Shown: piece after piece, positions 29,473 to 38,818 of the stretch
Position numbering within the stretch: position 1 is the first letter of the stretch
How the letters are laid out: each line of letters begins with the position of its first letter
Assembly: GCA_963717255.1 (NCBI GenBank)
Contig: CAVQVT010000014.1
Coordinates: 8,751 to 72,750 of the forward strand
Origin: an uncultured Chloroflexia bacterium
GTDB lineage: Bacteria > Chloroflexota > Limnocylindria > Limnocylindrales > CSP1-4
Reading direction: 5' to 3'
DNA: 64,000 bases
The notes under the pieces: model-generated
Databases searched by the model: none
Told to the model about the DNA's origin: nothing
The model's input: only the letters and a program-made list of their open reading frames with translations
Position numbers and translations under genes: made by a program

Positions 29473-29806
29473 CGGCGGCGCGGGCGCGGGCGGGCAGGCG
29501 TGAACGGGATCGAGGGGAGACCACGGTGGAGAACGTTGATGCTGACGATCAGTCGGCCGAGTCCTGGCGCATCCGACGAGCGATCTCCCGCTCGTAGTCG
29601 GGGAAGTACCGCCCGATGACTCTGAGGTCGAACGTCCCCAGGATCGACTCCTTCGGCTCGCGCTCCAGGAGGAAGCCGAAGCTCGACCGCACGAAGTCCG
29701 AGTGATCGTCGACCTTCAGGACGCCCGAGAGCTCACGACCGACCTTGACCGGCCGTCGGCTGTGGGGCCGGACGCGCCCGTCCTTCGACCCTGGGCGGAA
29801 GGCACG

Positions 29807-30793
29807 TCAGGGTCGCGAGGAGAGCGTGGGCCTCCCATCGCCGGCGTCGCGGACCAGCGATTCCAGAACCGGCGCGAATGACTCGACGCTCGCTCTCGTC
29901 GACGGGATGAGACCGACCTGCAGGTGGCGGATCCCTGCGGCCGCGAACGCCCCAAGCGACATCGCCAACTCCTCGGCGGAGCCCCGCAGAGCGCCGGCAG
30001 ACCAATCGAACGGGCCGACCATCTCCGGCGGTCCGCTCAGGTGCACCATGACTGCGGCAGTCCGGCCGAGCGTCGTCGGGTCTCGTCCGACCTCGGCGCA
30101 GGCATCGTCGACCTCTCCCTGCAGCGTGACGACCTTGTCCACATCGGATGGGACGCCGAAGAACCCGACATTCCACAGGTCGGCGAAGCGAGCCGCGAGG
30201 CGCCGCATCCGCGGGCCCTCGCCGCCGACGAGGATCGGCGGGCCGGCGGAGCGAGGACCGCGGAGTCCGATCTCGCAGTCCCGTGCCCGGACATGCTTGC
30301 CCTCGAAGTCCACGTGCCCGTCTCGGAAGAGGCCCCGGATGATCGTCAGCGTCTCCTCCAGCCGGTCGAACCGGTGCTCCCACGTGAAGCCGTAGGCCTC
30401 GTGCTCGTCCTGGTTGACCCCGGCCCCGATCCCGAGGATGAGCCGACCGCCACTGATCTCATCAACGGTCTCCGCCATCCCGGCGAGGAGGGCCGGATCC
30501 CGGTAGGCGCCGACGAGCACCAGCGTGCCGATCTCCAGGCGGCGCGTGGACGCAGCCAGTGCGGCCACGAGGGACCACGTCTCCCAGCAGGCGAGCGGGT
30601 CGATCCCCTCGCCGAACCGGTAGCGGAGCATGTCGGGGAGCCAGACGGAGTCGAACCCGACGTCCTCGGCCAGTCGGGCGAGGCCGGCGAGCTCGGTCCA
30701 GTGCGGCGTGTGTCCGCCGAGGCTCCCGGTCCACGTGGGGAGGATCAGACCGACCTTCATTCCGCGATCGCGTTCCTCGCCCATCTCACCCAC
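29807..30793 (-). CDS. LLM-class (luciferase-like) F420/flavin-dependent oxidoreductase
   Basis: MKVGLILPT..AEDVGFDSVWLPD..EIGTLVLVGAYRDPALLAGMAETVDEISGGRLILGIGAG..PPILVGGEGPRM. The start may be the internal ATG at 30760. Confidence 0.85.
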   Translation of the reverse strand: MGEMGEERDRGMKVGLILPTWTGSLGGHTPHWTELAGLARLAEDVGFDSVWLPDMLRYRFGEGIDPLACWETWSLVAALAASTRRLEIGTLVLVGAYRDPALLAGMAETVDEISGGRLILGIGAGVNQDEHEAYGFTWEHRFDRLEETLTIIRGLFRDGHVDFEGKHVRARDCEIGLRGPRSAGPPILVGGEGPRMRRLAARFADLWNVGFFGVPSDVDKVVTLQGEVDDACAEVGRDPTTLGRTAAVMVHLSGPPEMVGPFDWSAGALRGSAEELAMSLGAFAAAGIRHLQVGLIPSTRASVESFAPVLESLVRDAGDGRPTLSSRP

Positions 30794-30944
30794 CCCTGGG
30801 CCAGACTCCCTGATCCGCCTCGCCGGCGGCCCGCCGCGGACCCGGCGTCCTCACGGTCGGCCGCGTCGATACCGTGCATCGCGAGTGGGGAGATCGTCTC
30901 ACCGCCACGAGGCTGCGGCGCCACTGACCCACAAGGCGGCTGAA

Positions 30945-31083
30945 CGCCGCAGCAGGCACGAACCGGAAGTGGAGCGGGAGCCGGGTCTCGAACCCGCGAC
31001 ATTCAGCCTGGAAGGCCGGGGCGGCTATGGGTTACAGCATGGTGCTCGGGGGCCCGAGCGAGACGTGTCCAGTCATCGTGTCT
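30945..31083 (-). repeat. junction module R1 (orphan tRNA-Gly 3' half at 30970-31015 plus conserved arms); most tRNA-distal copy
   Basis: The core differs from the tRNA at 2 positions. The right arm is GGCGGCTATGGGTTACAGCATGGTGCTCGGGGGCCCGAGCGAGACGTGTCCAGTCATCGTGTC. The left arm is the most diverged of all copies. Confidence 0.85.
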
Positions 31084-31199
31084 CCGCCAAGAGGTCCCCG
31101 AGCCCGATCCGCTGGGGGGTCACGATGACGGCGGTCGCCGTTGCCGCCCGCCGGCCGTCCTCTGGTCATTCGACGATCGTCCCGTCCGGCCGGATGCCG

Positions 31200-31327
31200 A
31201 GATCGCCGCCTTCCTGCCCCTGACGTACGTGGTCAAGCTCATGCGGGGACTCTGGGTCGGCGAGCAATGGTCCGACCGGTGGCTCGGCGCGGTCCCGACG
31301 GCCGGGATCGTGGACGGCCGAAGGTAG
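31200..31327 (+). pseudogene. 3'-terminal fragment of an ABC-2 permease gene, paralogous to 23584..24333
   Basis: 31200-31265 is identical by eye to 24176-24241 (66 nt). One mismatch follows, then 9 more identical nt, then divergence. The fragment encodes ..IAAFLPLTYVVKLMRGLWVGEQWSDRWL.. with a stop at 31325-31327. No upstream part of the gene is present. Confidence 0.65.
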
Positions 31328-31337
31328 GAGGCCACGC

Positions 31338-33734
31338 CTACTCGTACCTGATCGCGTCGCCGGGCTTCATGCTGGTGGCACGCCGGAGAGGGAAGAAGAT
31401 CACGATCAGCGTGCCGATCATCGCGAAGACGAACGACCAGCCGATGTAGATCAAGGCGAACTTGTCGGGCAGCGTGAGCTTCATCCCGCTTGCCATCGCG
31501 GCAGCCATGATCCGGTACACGACCCAGCCCAGCGGAATGCCCACGACCCACCCGAGGAACGCCAGGAAGAGCCCCTCCGACGCGAAGACGTTCCGCACGT
31601 CCCTTGACTGGGCTCCGATGCACCGGAGCATCCCGATCTCCGTGGTGCGGTCCAGGATGTTCATCACGAGCGTGCTCATGAGCCCGACAAGCACGATGAG
31701 CACGATGATGAAGCTCACCATCAGGAACATCGTGACGAGCGTCGAGTTCTGGGCGACGTTCTGCGCGGCCGCCACGTAGTTGATGGTGATGTCGGCCCGG
31801 TAGCCCGATGCCTCCAATCGATCGGAGACCCGGCGGGCGGTGGCGTCGATCGCCGGGTGGTCGCGGCTGTCGGTCTGGATGAAGAAGCCGTTGACCGCAT
31901 CGCCCTTCTGCAGCACCGCCTGCACCGCCTCCAGGGGGGCATAGACGAACTGGCCGTTCTCCGTGAAGGCGGCGTCGATGCCGATGACCTCGAACTCGTG
32001 TGCGCCCGTCGCCGTCATGAGCTCGATGGTGTCGCCCAGTCCGATGTTCTCGAATCGGGAGAGTGCGTCCCCGATGACGACGACCCGAGCGGCTGCCCTG
32101 ACCTCTTCCGGAGTCCACCAACGCCCCTGGCCGTTCTCGAGCAGCGTCTCTCGGAAGTCGAGCGCCTGTGTGCCCTGCACGTACCCGTAGAAGGGCACGG
32201 TCCTGTCGTTGACCTGGGCGAAGGTGCTGTTGACCGGCTCGGCCGACTTCACCCCGTCGACGCCCTCGATGAGGGCGGCCTTGTCGGCGGTCATGGGGTC
32301 GGTCGGGTCGTCTGCCACGGTCGTCCACATGTCCCAGGTCCGGACGTCGTAGGCGCCGACCGTCATGTCGATGAGGCCGTCGCCTCCGTTGAGCATGGTG
32401 AGCACGACGGCGACCGCGAAGGCGACCTGCAGGATCGTCGAGATGCTCCTGCCCTTGCGGCGGGCCGCGTTGCGGATGCCCATCTGGACGACTCGGGGGA
32501 TGCCGCGGATGCGCATGAGGATGCGATCGGAGAAGGTCCGGCCGTAGTCAGCCGAGATGCCATGACTCTCCAGGCCTTCCACGACCGAGACGCGCAGCGT
32601 CCGGAGGATCGCCGGCAGCGACGCCAGGATGACGACGCCCACGCCGACAGCCAGGCTGATGCCGACGGTCGGCCAGTGCACGTCGAAGGGCGCGTCGAAT
32701 CCGAAGCTCTGCTTCATGAATGTGCGTTCGACCACGCTCGCCACGAGGATCCCGAGCCCCGCGCCGATGCCCGCGCCGATGAAGCCGATGATCGCGGATG
32801 TGGTCAGGAAGGACCGGAACACCGTCCCTCGGGTCGCACCGATCGCCTTCATCATCGCGATCTCTCGGGTCTGTTCGGAGACGATGGTGTTCATGGTGTT
32901 GGCGATGAGGAAGAGGCTCACGAACAGGATCAGGAACGCCAGGATCGCCATGAAGTTCATGATCTGCGAGAAGATCTCCCGTCCCTCCCAGAACCCCTCC
33001 TCGCGCACGTCGGCCAGGTTGTCGAACGCGACGACCGACGTGTTGGCCACCAGGTAGTCGCGGATGACCTCCACGGTCCGCGCCATCGCTGCCGGGTCGG
33101 TGTCCTTCAGGGTGAAGTCCAGGTTGGTGAACCCGGTCCGGCCGCTGACCTGCTCGACCGCGTCAAGGGTGGTGTAGAAGACGGCCACGCCGCCGCGGGT
33201 GGCCCCGCTGTGGATGAAGTTCTTGCCGACCCCCGTGACACGCAGGCGGCTCGTGGTGCCCGTCGGGTCCTGCACGGTGATCTCGTCGCCTTCGGCCAGC
33301 GAGATGACGGCGTTGGCTGCGTTGCCCTGGTCGGTCAGGACCTGCATCCCGCGGGGCACCTCGCCCGAGGTGATGCGGACCACGTCGACCGCTTGATCCG
33401 CGTAGTCGGGGACGCCGACGAGAAGTGCCCTCTGGCGCCTGCCGTCGATCTCCATCGCCACCGGCAGCTCGGCCTGCGGGGACATCTGGTCGACGTTGTC
33501 CAGGGCCTTCAGATCGTCGAGCTGTGCGTCGGTGAGCTGCACATCGGTCACGCGAACGCCGACGTTGTGCATCTTCTCGGCCTTGAGCTCCGCCGCGACG
33601 CCACGGTCGGCGAGCGGCGTGATCGCGAACAGCCCGATGCCCATCACGCCGAGGGCCACGGTGACGATCGTGAAGGCGGTGCGGGCCTTCCGGCGAGCGA
33701 GGTCCTTCCACGACTTCTTCAGCAGCGCTGACAT
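31338..33734 (-). CDS. ABC transporter permease with two FtsX-type domains (MacB/YbbP-like)
   Basis: 798 aa. AGGAGG RBS. Two 4-helix FtsX modules (..FVSLFLIANTMNTIVSEQTREIAMMKAIGAT.. and ..LVGLMSTLVMNILDRTTEIGMLRCIGAQ..), each preceded by a large extracytoplasmic domain. Confidence 0.85.
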   Translation of the reverse strand: MSALLKKSWKDLARRKARTAFTIVTVALGVMGIGLFAITPLADRGVAAELKAEKMHNVGVRVTDVQLTDAQLDDLKALDNVDQMSPQAELPVAMEIDGRRQRALLVGVPDYADQAVDVVRITSGEVPRGMQVLTDQGNAANAVISLAEGDEITVQDPTGTTSRLRVTGVGKNFIHSGATRGGVAVFYTTLDAVEQVSGRTGFTNLDFTLKDTDPAAMARTVEVIRDYLVANTSVVAFDNLADVREEGFWEGREIFSQIMNFMAILAFLILFVSLFLIANTMNTIVSEQTREIAMMKAIGATRGTVFRSFLTTSAIIGFIGAGIGAGLGILVASVVERTFMKQSFGFDAPFDVHWPTVGISLAVGVGVVILASLPAILRTLRVSVVEGLESHGISADYGRTFSDRILMRIRGIPRVVQMGIRNAARRKGRSISTILQVAFAVAVVLTMLNGGDGLIDMTVGAYDVRTWDMWTTVADDPTDPMTADKAALIEGVDGVKSAEPVNSTFAQVNDRTVPFYGYVQGTQALDFRETLLENGQGRWWTPEEVRAAARVVVIGDALSRFENIGLGDTIELMTATGAHEFEVIGIDAAFTENGQFVYAPLEAVQAVLQKGDAVNGFFIQTDSRDHPAIDATARRVSDRLEASGYRADITINYVAAAQNVAQNSTLVTMFLMVSFIIVLIVLVGLMSTLVMNILDRTTEIGMLRCIGAQSRDVRNVFASEGLFLAFLGWVVGIPLGWVVYRIMAAAMASGMKLTLPDKFALIYIGWSFVFAMIGTLIVIFFPLRRATSMKPGDAIRYE

Positions 33735-33745
33735 GTGGAGACCTC

Positions 33746-34420
33746 CTAGGCCTGGACGAGCTGTCCGTCGACCATCTCCACCTTGTGTCTGGCCTTCGCG
33801 GCCAGGGCCGGGCTGTGCGTGACGTAGATGACCGTCTTGCCCTGCCTGTTGAGCTCGTCGAACAGCTCGAACATGGCGGCCTCGGTCCTGGAATCGAGGT
33901 TGCCGGTGGGTTCGTCTCCGATGAGCACCTTAGGCTCGTTGACGAGCGCCCTGGCGATCGCGACACGCTGTTGCTGGCCGCCGGAGAGCTCCGAGGGGAG
34001 GTTGTCGACCTTGTCGCCGAGCCCCACGAGCTCCAGTCGCTCGCGGGCGCGCTTCTTGCGCTCAGCGACACTCCCGCGCCTGAGGAAGTCCATGGGCAGC
34101 ATGACGTTCTCGAGCGCGGTGAGTGTCGGGAAGAGCTGGAAGAACTGGAAGACGATGCCGACGTTGGCGCCCCGCCAGGCGGCGAGCTTGTCTTCCTTCA
34201 TCTGGTCGATGCGATCCCCGGCGATCGTGACGCTGCCGCCGGTGGGCCGGTCGATGCCGGTGATCATGTTGAGCATCGTCGACTTGCCCGACCCGGACGG
34301 TCCGACGATGGCCACGAGTTGGCCTTCTTGGATGTCGAGATCGACGCCCTTGAGAGCCTCGAACTCGAGCTTGCCGGTCTTGTACGTCTTCCTGAGATCG
34401 CGAAGCTGGATGAGCGACAT
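33746..34420 (-). CDS. ABC transporter ATP-binding protein (MacB/LolD-type)
   Basis: GPSGSGKST, IVFQFFQLFPTLTALENV, LSGGQQQRVAIARAL, LIGDEPTGNLD, YVTH. Confidence 0.9.
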   Translation of the reverse strand: MSLIQLRDLRKTYKTGKLEFEALKGVDLDIQEGQLVAIVGPSGSGKSTMLNMITGIDRPTGGSVTIAGDRIDQMKEDKLAAWRGANVGIVFQFFQLFPTLTALENVMLPMDFLRRGSVAERKKRARERLELVGLGDKVDNLPSELSGGQQQRVAIARALVNEPKVLIGDEPTGNLDSRTEAAMFELFDELNRQGKTVIYVTHSPALAAKARHKVEMVDGQLVQA

Positions 34421-34850
34421 GGAACAGCTCCCTCCGCTCCAGTCCCGCCGTCATCCCAGCGCCCGGGAGTGCGGGTCGGTCTCGCCCGCGGCTCAGCGCG
34501 GTCCCGGCGGCCGGGGCATGGGCCGCGTGTCCAAGCCCCCCGCTGCGGCCGATGCTGGTTCCGGACAGACACGCTCGCCAGAGCCGGAGGTCGCCTTGAT
34601 CAGTGAAGCCGCGGTCGGCGCGAGCGGCGCCTGAACACGATCGGGCCCGGGCGGGACGGCGGTGGATGGAAACGAGCCCGCCGCGTGCTTCATCGACCGC
34701 CGCCGGGTAGCTGTGCGCGCCGAGATCCACGTCGGCGGCGATCACGCGGCTTCGCGACACGGAAGCTGGTCGCGGCTGAGCGCTGTGGCGGTGAACACGG
34801 GCGCTCAGGGGACCGCAGAAGGCCGAGTGGGTGTCTCGCACCACAGGCTG

Positions 34851-35003
34851 CGTGTCGCCCGGAGCACGGAACCGGGGAAGTGGAGCGGGAGACGGGTCTC
34901 GAACCCGCGACATTCAGCGTGGAAGGCCGGGACGGCTACGCGTTACAGCATCGTGCTCGGGGGCCCGAGCGAAACGTGTCCAGTCATCGTGTCGTCACGG
35001 GGG
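34851..35003 (-). repeat. junction module R2 (orphan tRNA-Gly 3' half at 34881-34926 plus conserved arms)
   Basis: The core has 1 mismatch. Left arm CGTGTCGCCCGGAGCACGGAACC. Right arm ..CATCGTGCTCGGGGGCCCGAGCGAAACGTGTCCAGTCATCGTGTCGTCACGGGGG, followed by an 11-nt tandem duplication (34993-35003 / 35004-35014). Confidence 0.85.
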
Positions 35004-38000
35004 CGTCACGGGGGCCAGCTTGGGCGCGGCGGAGTTGCCAGTCCGGTCCGATGAAGGAGCGAGAGCAGCGTCGAGCCGGGCGATGAACGGCGCGGCCTCC
35101 AGCCGGACGAGGATCTCGCGTGCGGCCTTCGCGGCGGCCCGCACCTCCGGACCGGCCGGCTCGAGCAGCGTCGCCATGGTGATCCCGGTGAGCGACTCGC
35201 GCCAGGGCGCGCCGAGGTCGCGCCATCCTGCGAGCGCCTCCCGGAAAGCCGACAGCGCGTCGCCCGCACGCCCGTCGAGGGCCGCCAGCCCGGCCCGGAT
35301 CGTCCGGCGGTCGATATCGACGACCCTGCCGTGTACTCCGGTCGCGTCCAGGGCGGCGAGCGCGGCGGCCGCCCGCTCGCGGTTGCGCTCCCAGAGGGCG
35401 CAGATGGCGGCGTAGAAGAAGATGTAGCTCGCCTCTGCCGGGCGAATGTGCCCGTACGCCATCGCCGCGTCGCAGGCATCGGAGAGCCGGCCCGACCCGA
35501 AGGCGACCCAGAAGCGCAGCTCGGGGATCGTTTCGCGCGCCACCGTGGCGTCCGCGGCACCGAAGTACCGCTCCAGCCAGCCCGCCTCCTCGGCCGGGTC
35601 TTCCCCACGCAGGGAGTTGATCATCAGACGACTGTAGGTCAGATGCGCCTGCTCGACGTCCTCCGGCGCCGTCTCCATGGCGGCCGCGCACTCGCCCAGG
35701 GCCCAAGCCCAGTCTCCCGATTCCACGGCAGCCTGTGTCGCGTTCACCATGGTGTGGGCGTATCCGGCGCGATCACCGAGCCGCGCCGCCAGCGCGAGCG
35801 CGGCCCGGGCGGCGTCGAACGAACCCCGGAGGTCGGAGTCGATCAGTCTGAAGCTGAGGCTGCCCAGGCCGGTCACGGTGACCTGCGTGAGCCCATTCGC
35901 CTGGGCAAGGTCGATCCCCGCCCTGACCGCGCCGACCCCTTCGTAGGAGCGGCCGAGATTGCACAGGGCGGAACCGCGAGTGACCAGCGTGTCGGCCACG
36001 AGCGCCACGAGGTCGCCCCGCTCGGCCGCGGCCAGAGCGCGGTCGGCGACCTCGATCCCCCGTTGATGCTGCTCGCCGACCATGAGCGCTCGTGCGAGCT
36101 GGCTGTCGAGGGCGACGGCTCCGGGGTCCCCGGCCAGGTCGGCGAACTCCGTGGCGGCGGGCTCGAGGATCGCCAGCGCGCGGTCGTCACGCAGACCGCG
36201 GCCGAGCGCGCGACCGAGCTCCGCGGTCGCGCGGGCGGTCGCCGGGCGGTCACCGAGCCCGCGATAGGTGTCCGTCGCCCGCACGAGGTAGCGCTCCGCC
36301 GCGTCGTGGTCGGCGGCCATGGAAGCCGAATGGCCGGCACGCTCGAGGAGGAGGGCCTGCTCCGCCGGGTCGGTCGTCACGCTGAGCGCATGCTCGAGGA
36401 ACGCGACGGCCTGCGCATGGGAGCCCAGGCCCGCGGCGCGCTCGGCAGCCGCCCGCAGGGCGATGCGCGCCTGGGCGGCGACGTCGTCGGACTCCGCTCC
36501 GCCGGGGGCGTTGCGGTAGGCGGCGACGTAGTGACCGGCAAGTGCGCCGGCGAGCTCGTCGGTCCCGAGCACCTCGAAGTAGCGGGCGGCCGCGAGGTGG
36601 CGGACCTTCCGGTCGCGCTTCGCGAGCGTGTTGTACGCGACCTCGCGGACCAGCGACTGGACGAAGGCATACTGACCGCGCTCCGGGGAGCGGGGGTTGC
36701 CCTCGACCGCGAGGAGCTCGCGCCGCACGAGGGAGAGGAGGCGGGGCTCGAGCTCGGGCTGTGGGATGCCGGACACGGCCGCCAGGGCGTCACGGGTGAA
36801 GCTCTGGCCGAGGACGGCGGCATCGGAGAGGAGGGCCCGGTCGGCCGGCTCGAGACCATCGAGACGGGAAGCGATGAGCGCGGTGAGCGTCTCAGGGACG
36901 GCCAGGGTCGCGAGATCGTGGATCGGCCGGTAGACGTCACCATCGAGGGTGAGCCTGCCCTGGGCGAGGAGCATGCGGACCGTCTCGACCGCATAGAGGG
37001 GCACCCCGTCGGCGCGTTCGACGATCGCCAGGACCGCCGCCTCGGGGAGCCCCGGCACGAGCCCCGCCAGGAGCTCGCGCATGACCGCCGCCGGGAGCGG
37101 CTCGAGGAAGATCGAGGTGAAGCTCCGCTTGCCCGCGCCCCAGGCGGGGAGCTCCTCGAGGAGCTCGGGCCGGGCGAGGGTGAGGACGAAGATGGGGAAC
37201 GAGCGGCTCCACTCGAGGAGGGCGTCGATGAAGTCGAGGAGCCCCGGGTCGGCCCACTGGATGTCCTCGAAGACCATCACGACCGTGCCAGTCGCGGAGA
37301 GCCGCTCGAAGAACGTCCGCCAGGCCGCGAAGAGCTGCTCGGGGTCGACCGCATCAGTGTCGATCCCGAGGAGCGCGAGGAGAGCCGGCTCGATCCAGCG
37401 GCGCTCGGCCACGTCGGGGACGTGCTCGGCGACCGTCCCTGCGACCTTCGCCCGCGTCGTGCGCTCGTCGTCGGTCCCGACGAGGCCGGCCCGTGCGCGA
37501 ACCATCTCGCCGAGCGCCCAGAACGTGATCCCCTCGCCGTACGCGGGGCTGCGGCCCTCGTGCCACCAGATCGGCTCGACGAGCCCGTCGAGGTACTTCT
37601 CGAACTCCCAGGCCAGGCGGGTCTTGCCGATCCCGCCGATTCCGGTGATCGAAACGAGCCTGGCCCGCTGCTCCCGGCCCGTCGCGTGGTAGAGGTCCTT
37701 GAGCAGGCGCAGCTCGTCCTCGCGGCCGACGAAGGGGGCCTCGAGCGTCTCCGACCGGTTGCGGCCGCCCCGTTCCGCGACAACGCGAAGGGCTCGCCAG
37801 GCCTGGACCGGGGCGGTCTTGCCCCTGAGGGTCAGCTCGCCGGCCTCCACGAACACGATCGCCCGGCTCGCGGCACGTTGGGTCGCCTCGCCGACGAGGA
37901 CCGTGCCCGGGGCAGCGGCCGACTGCAGCCGGCTCGCCGTGTTCACGAGGTCGCCGGCGACGATCCCCTGGCCGACGGCCCCGAGGGTGACGGCGGCCTC

Positions 38001-38492
38001 CCCGGTCAAGACCCCGACCCGTGCCTGGATCGACGGGCCGATGGTCATGACGGCATCCACGAGTTCGAGGCCGGCGCGGACCGTTCGCTCGGCGTCGTCC
38101 TCGTGGGCGGTGGGCGCACCCCAGATTGCCACGACGGCGTCGCCGATGAACTTCTCGACCGTCCCTCCGTACCGGCTGATGACGTCTCGGGCCAGGTCGA
38201 AGTAGCTGGACAGCGTCTCGCGCACCTCCTCGGCGTCGCGCTCCTCTGCGAAGGTCGTGAAGCCAACGAGGTCGGCGAAGAGGACCGAGACGAGACGGCG
38301 CTCGGCGACGGGTGCCGCGGTCGTGGTCAGAGGGCCAGGACCGGCGAGCGGGGTCGCGCACTCGCCGCAGAACTTCGCGTCGGCGCCGTTGGCCGCTTCG
38401 CAGGACGGACAGACCAGCTCGAGTCGAGCCGCGCATTCCTTGCAGAACTTGCGCCCCGCCTCGTTCTCGGTCCCGCAGCTCGCGCAGACCAC
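34995..38492 (-). CDS. large signal-transduction protein: double zinc-ribbon, class III adenylate/guanylate cyclase domain, AAA/NTPase (STAND-like) domain and TPR-like C-terminus
   Basis: GTG at 38492 follows GGAG. Zinc ribbon VCASCGTENEAGRKFCKEC..CPSCEAANGADAKFCGEC. Cyclase block VSVLFADLVGFT..GGTVEKFIGDAVVAIWGAP..NTASRLQ. P-loop ITGIGGIGKTRLA. A long helical-repeat C-terminus follows. The annotated start at 38693 lies inside module R3 and is rejected. Confidence 0.85.
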   Translation of the reverse strand: MVCASCGTENEAGRKFCKECAARLELVCPSCEAANGADAKFCGECATPLAGPGPLTTTAAPVAERRLVSVLFADLVGFTTFAEERDAEEVRETLSSYFDLARDVISRYGGTVEKFIGDAVVAIWGAPTAHEDDAERTVRAGLELVDAVMTIGPSIQARVGVLTGEAAVTLGAVGQGIVAGDLVNTASRLQSAAAPGTVLVGEATQRAASRAIVFVEAGELTLRGKTAPVQAWRALRVVAERGGRNRSETLEAPFVGREDELRLLKDLYHATGREQRARLVSITGIGGIGKTRLAWEFEKYLDGLVEPIWWHEGRSPAYGEGITFWALGEMVRARAGLVGTDDERTTRAKVAGTVAEHVPDVAERRWIEPALLALLGIDTDAVDPEQLFAAWRTFFERLSATGTVVMVFEDIQWADPGLLDFIDALLEWSRSFPIFVLTLARPELLEELPAWGAGKRSFTSIFLEPLPAAVMRELLAGLVPGLPEAAVLAIVERADGVPLYAVETVRMLLAQGRLTLDGDVYRPIHDLATLAVPETLTALIASRLDGLEPADRALLSDAAVLGQSFTRDALAAVSGIPQPELEPRLLSLVRRELLAVEGNPRSPERGQYAFVQSLVREVAYNTLAKRDRKVRHLAAARYFEVLGTDELAGALAGHYVAAYRNAPGGAESDDVAAQARIALRAAAERAAGLGSHAQAVAFLEHALSVTTDPAEQALLLERAGHSASMAADHDAAERYLVRATDTYRGLGDRPATARATAELGRALGRGLRDDRALAILEPAATEFADLAGDPGAVALDSQLARALMVGEQHQRGIEVADRALAAAERGDLVALVADTLVTRGSALCNLGRSYEGVGAVRAGIDLAQANGLTQVTVTGLGSLSFRLIDSDLRGSFDAARAALALAARLGDRAGYAHTMVNATQAAVESGDWAWALGECAAAMETAPEDVEQAHLTYSRLMINSLRGEDPAEEAGWLERYFGAADATVARETIPELRFWVAFGSGRLSDACDAAMAYGHIRPAEASYIFFYAAICALWERNRERAAAALAALDATGVHGRVVDIDRRTIRAGLAALDGRAGDALSAFREALAGWRDLGAPWRESLTGITMATLLEPAGPEVRAAAKAAREILVRLEAAPFIARLDAALAPSSDRTGNSAAPKLAPVTPP

Positions 38493-38633
38493 CGGGCACT
38501 CCGATGCGACGTATGGGACCGAGCGTACCGCAGGAAACCCGTCACGGACAGGGGTTCCGCCACCGTGAGCCTCTTGGCATACGGTCGGGATGCGCCCTCT
38601 GGGTGGTCCAGAAGGCCGCCCGCACGGGGAGCA

Positions 38634-38781
38634 TGTCGACTCGAGCACGAAGCTGGGAACTGGAGCGGGAGACGGGTCTCGAACCCGCGACATTCAGCTT
38701 GGAAGGCCTCGGCGGCTATGCGTAACAGCACCGTGCTCAAGGGCCCGAGCGAAACGTGTCCAGTTATCGTGTCGTCGCGGG
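38634..38781 (-). repeat. junction module R3 (orphan tRNA-Gly 3' half at 38661-38706 plus conserved arms)
   Basis: The core is identical to the tRNA 3' part. Arms are TGTCGACTCGAGCACGAAGC / ..CACCGTGCTCAAGGGCCCGAGCGAAACGTGTCCAGTTATCGTGTCGTCGCGGG. Confidence 0.85.
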
Positions 38782-38818
38782 TGCCGATTCGCGCATACCG
38801 ACCGCTTCTCGGCCGGGT

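Noticed and set aside
34954-34969. The GC hairpin GCTCGGGGGCCCGAGC inside the module right arm as a terminator or structured RNA
   Set aside because: The stem is disrupted by non-compensated substitutions in R3 and R5-R7 (GCTCAAGGGCCCGAGC, GCTCAGGAGCCCGAGC), and there is no U-tract.
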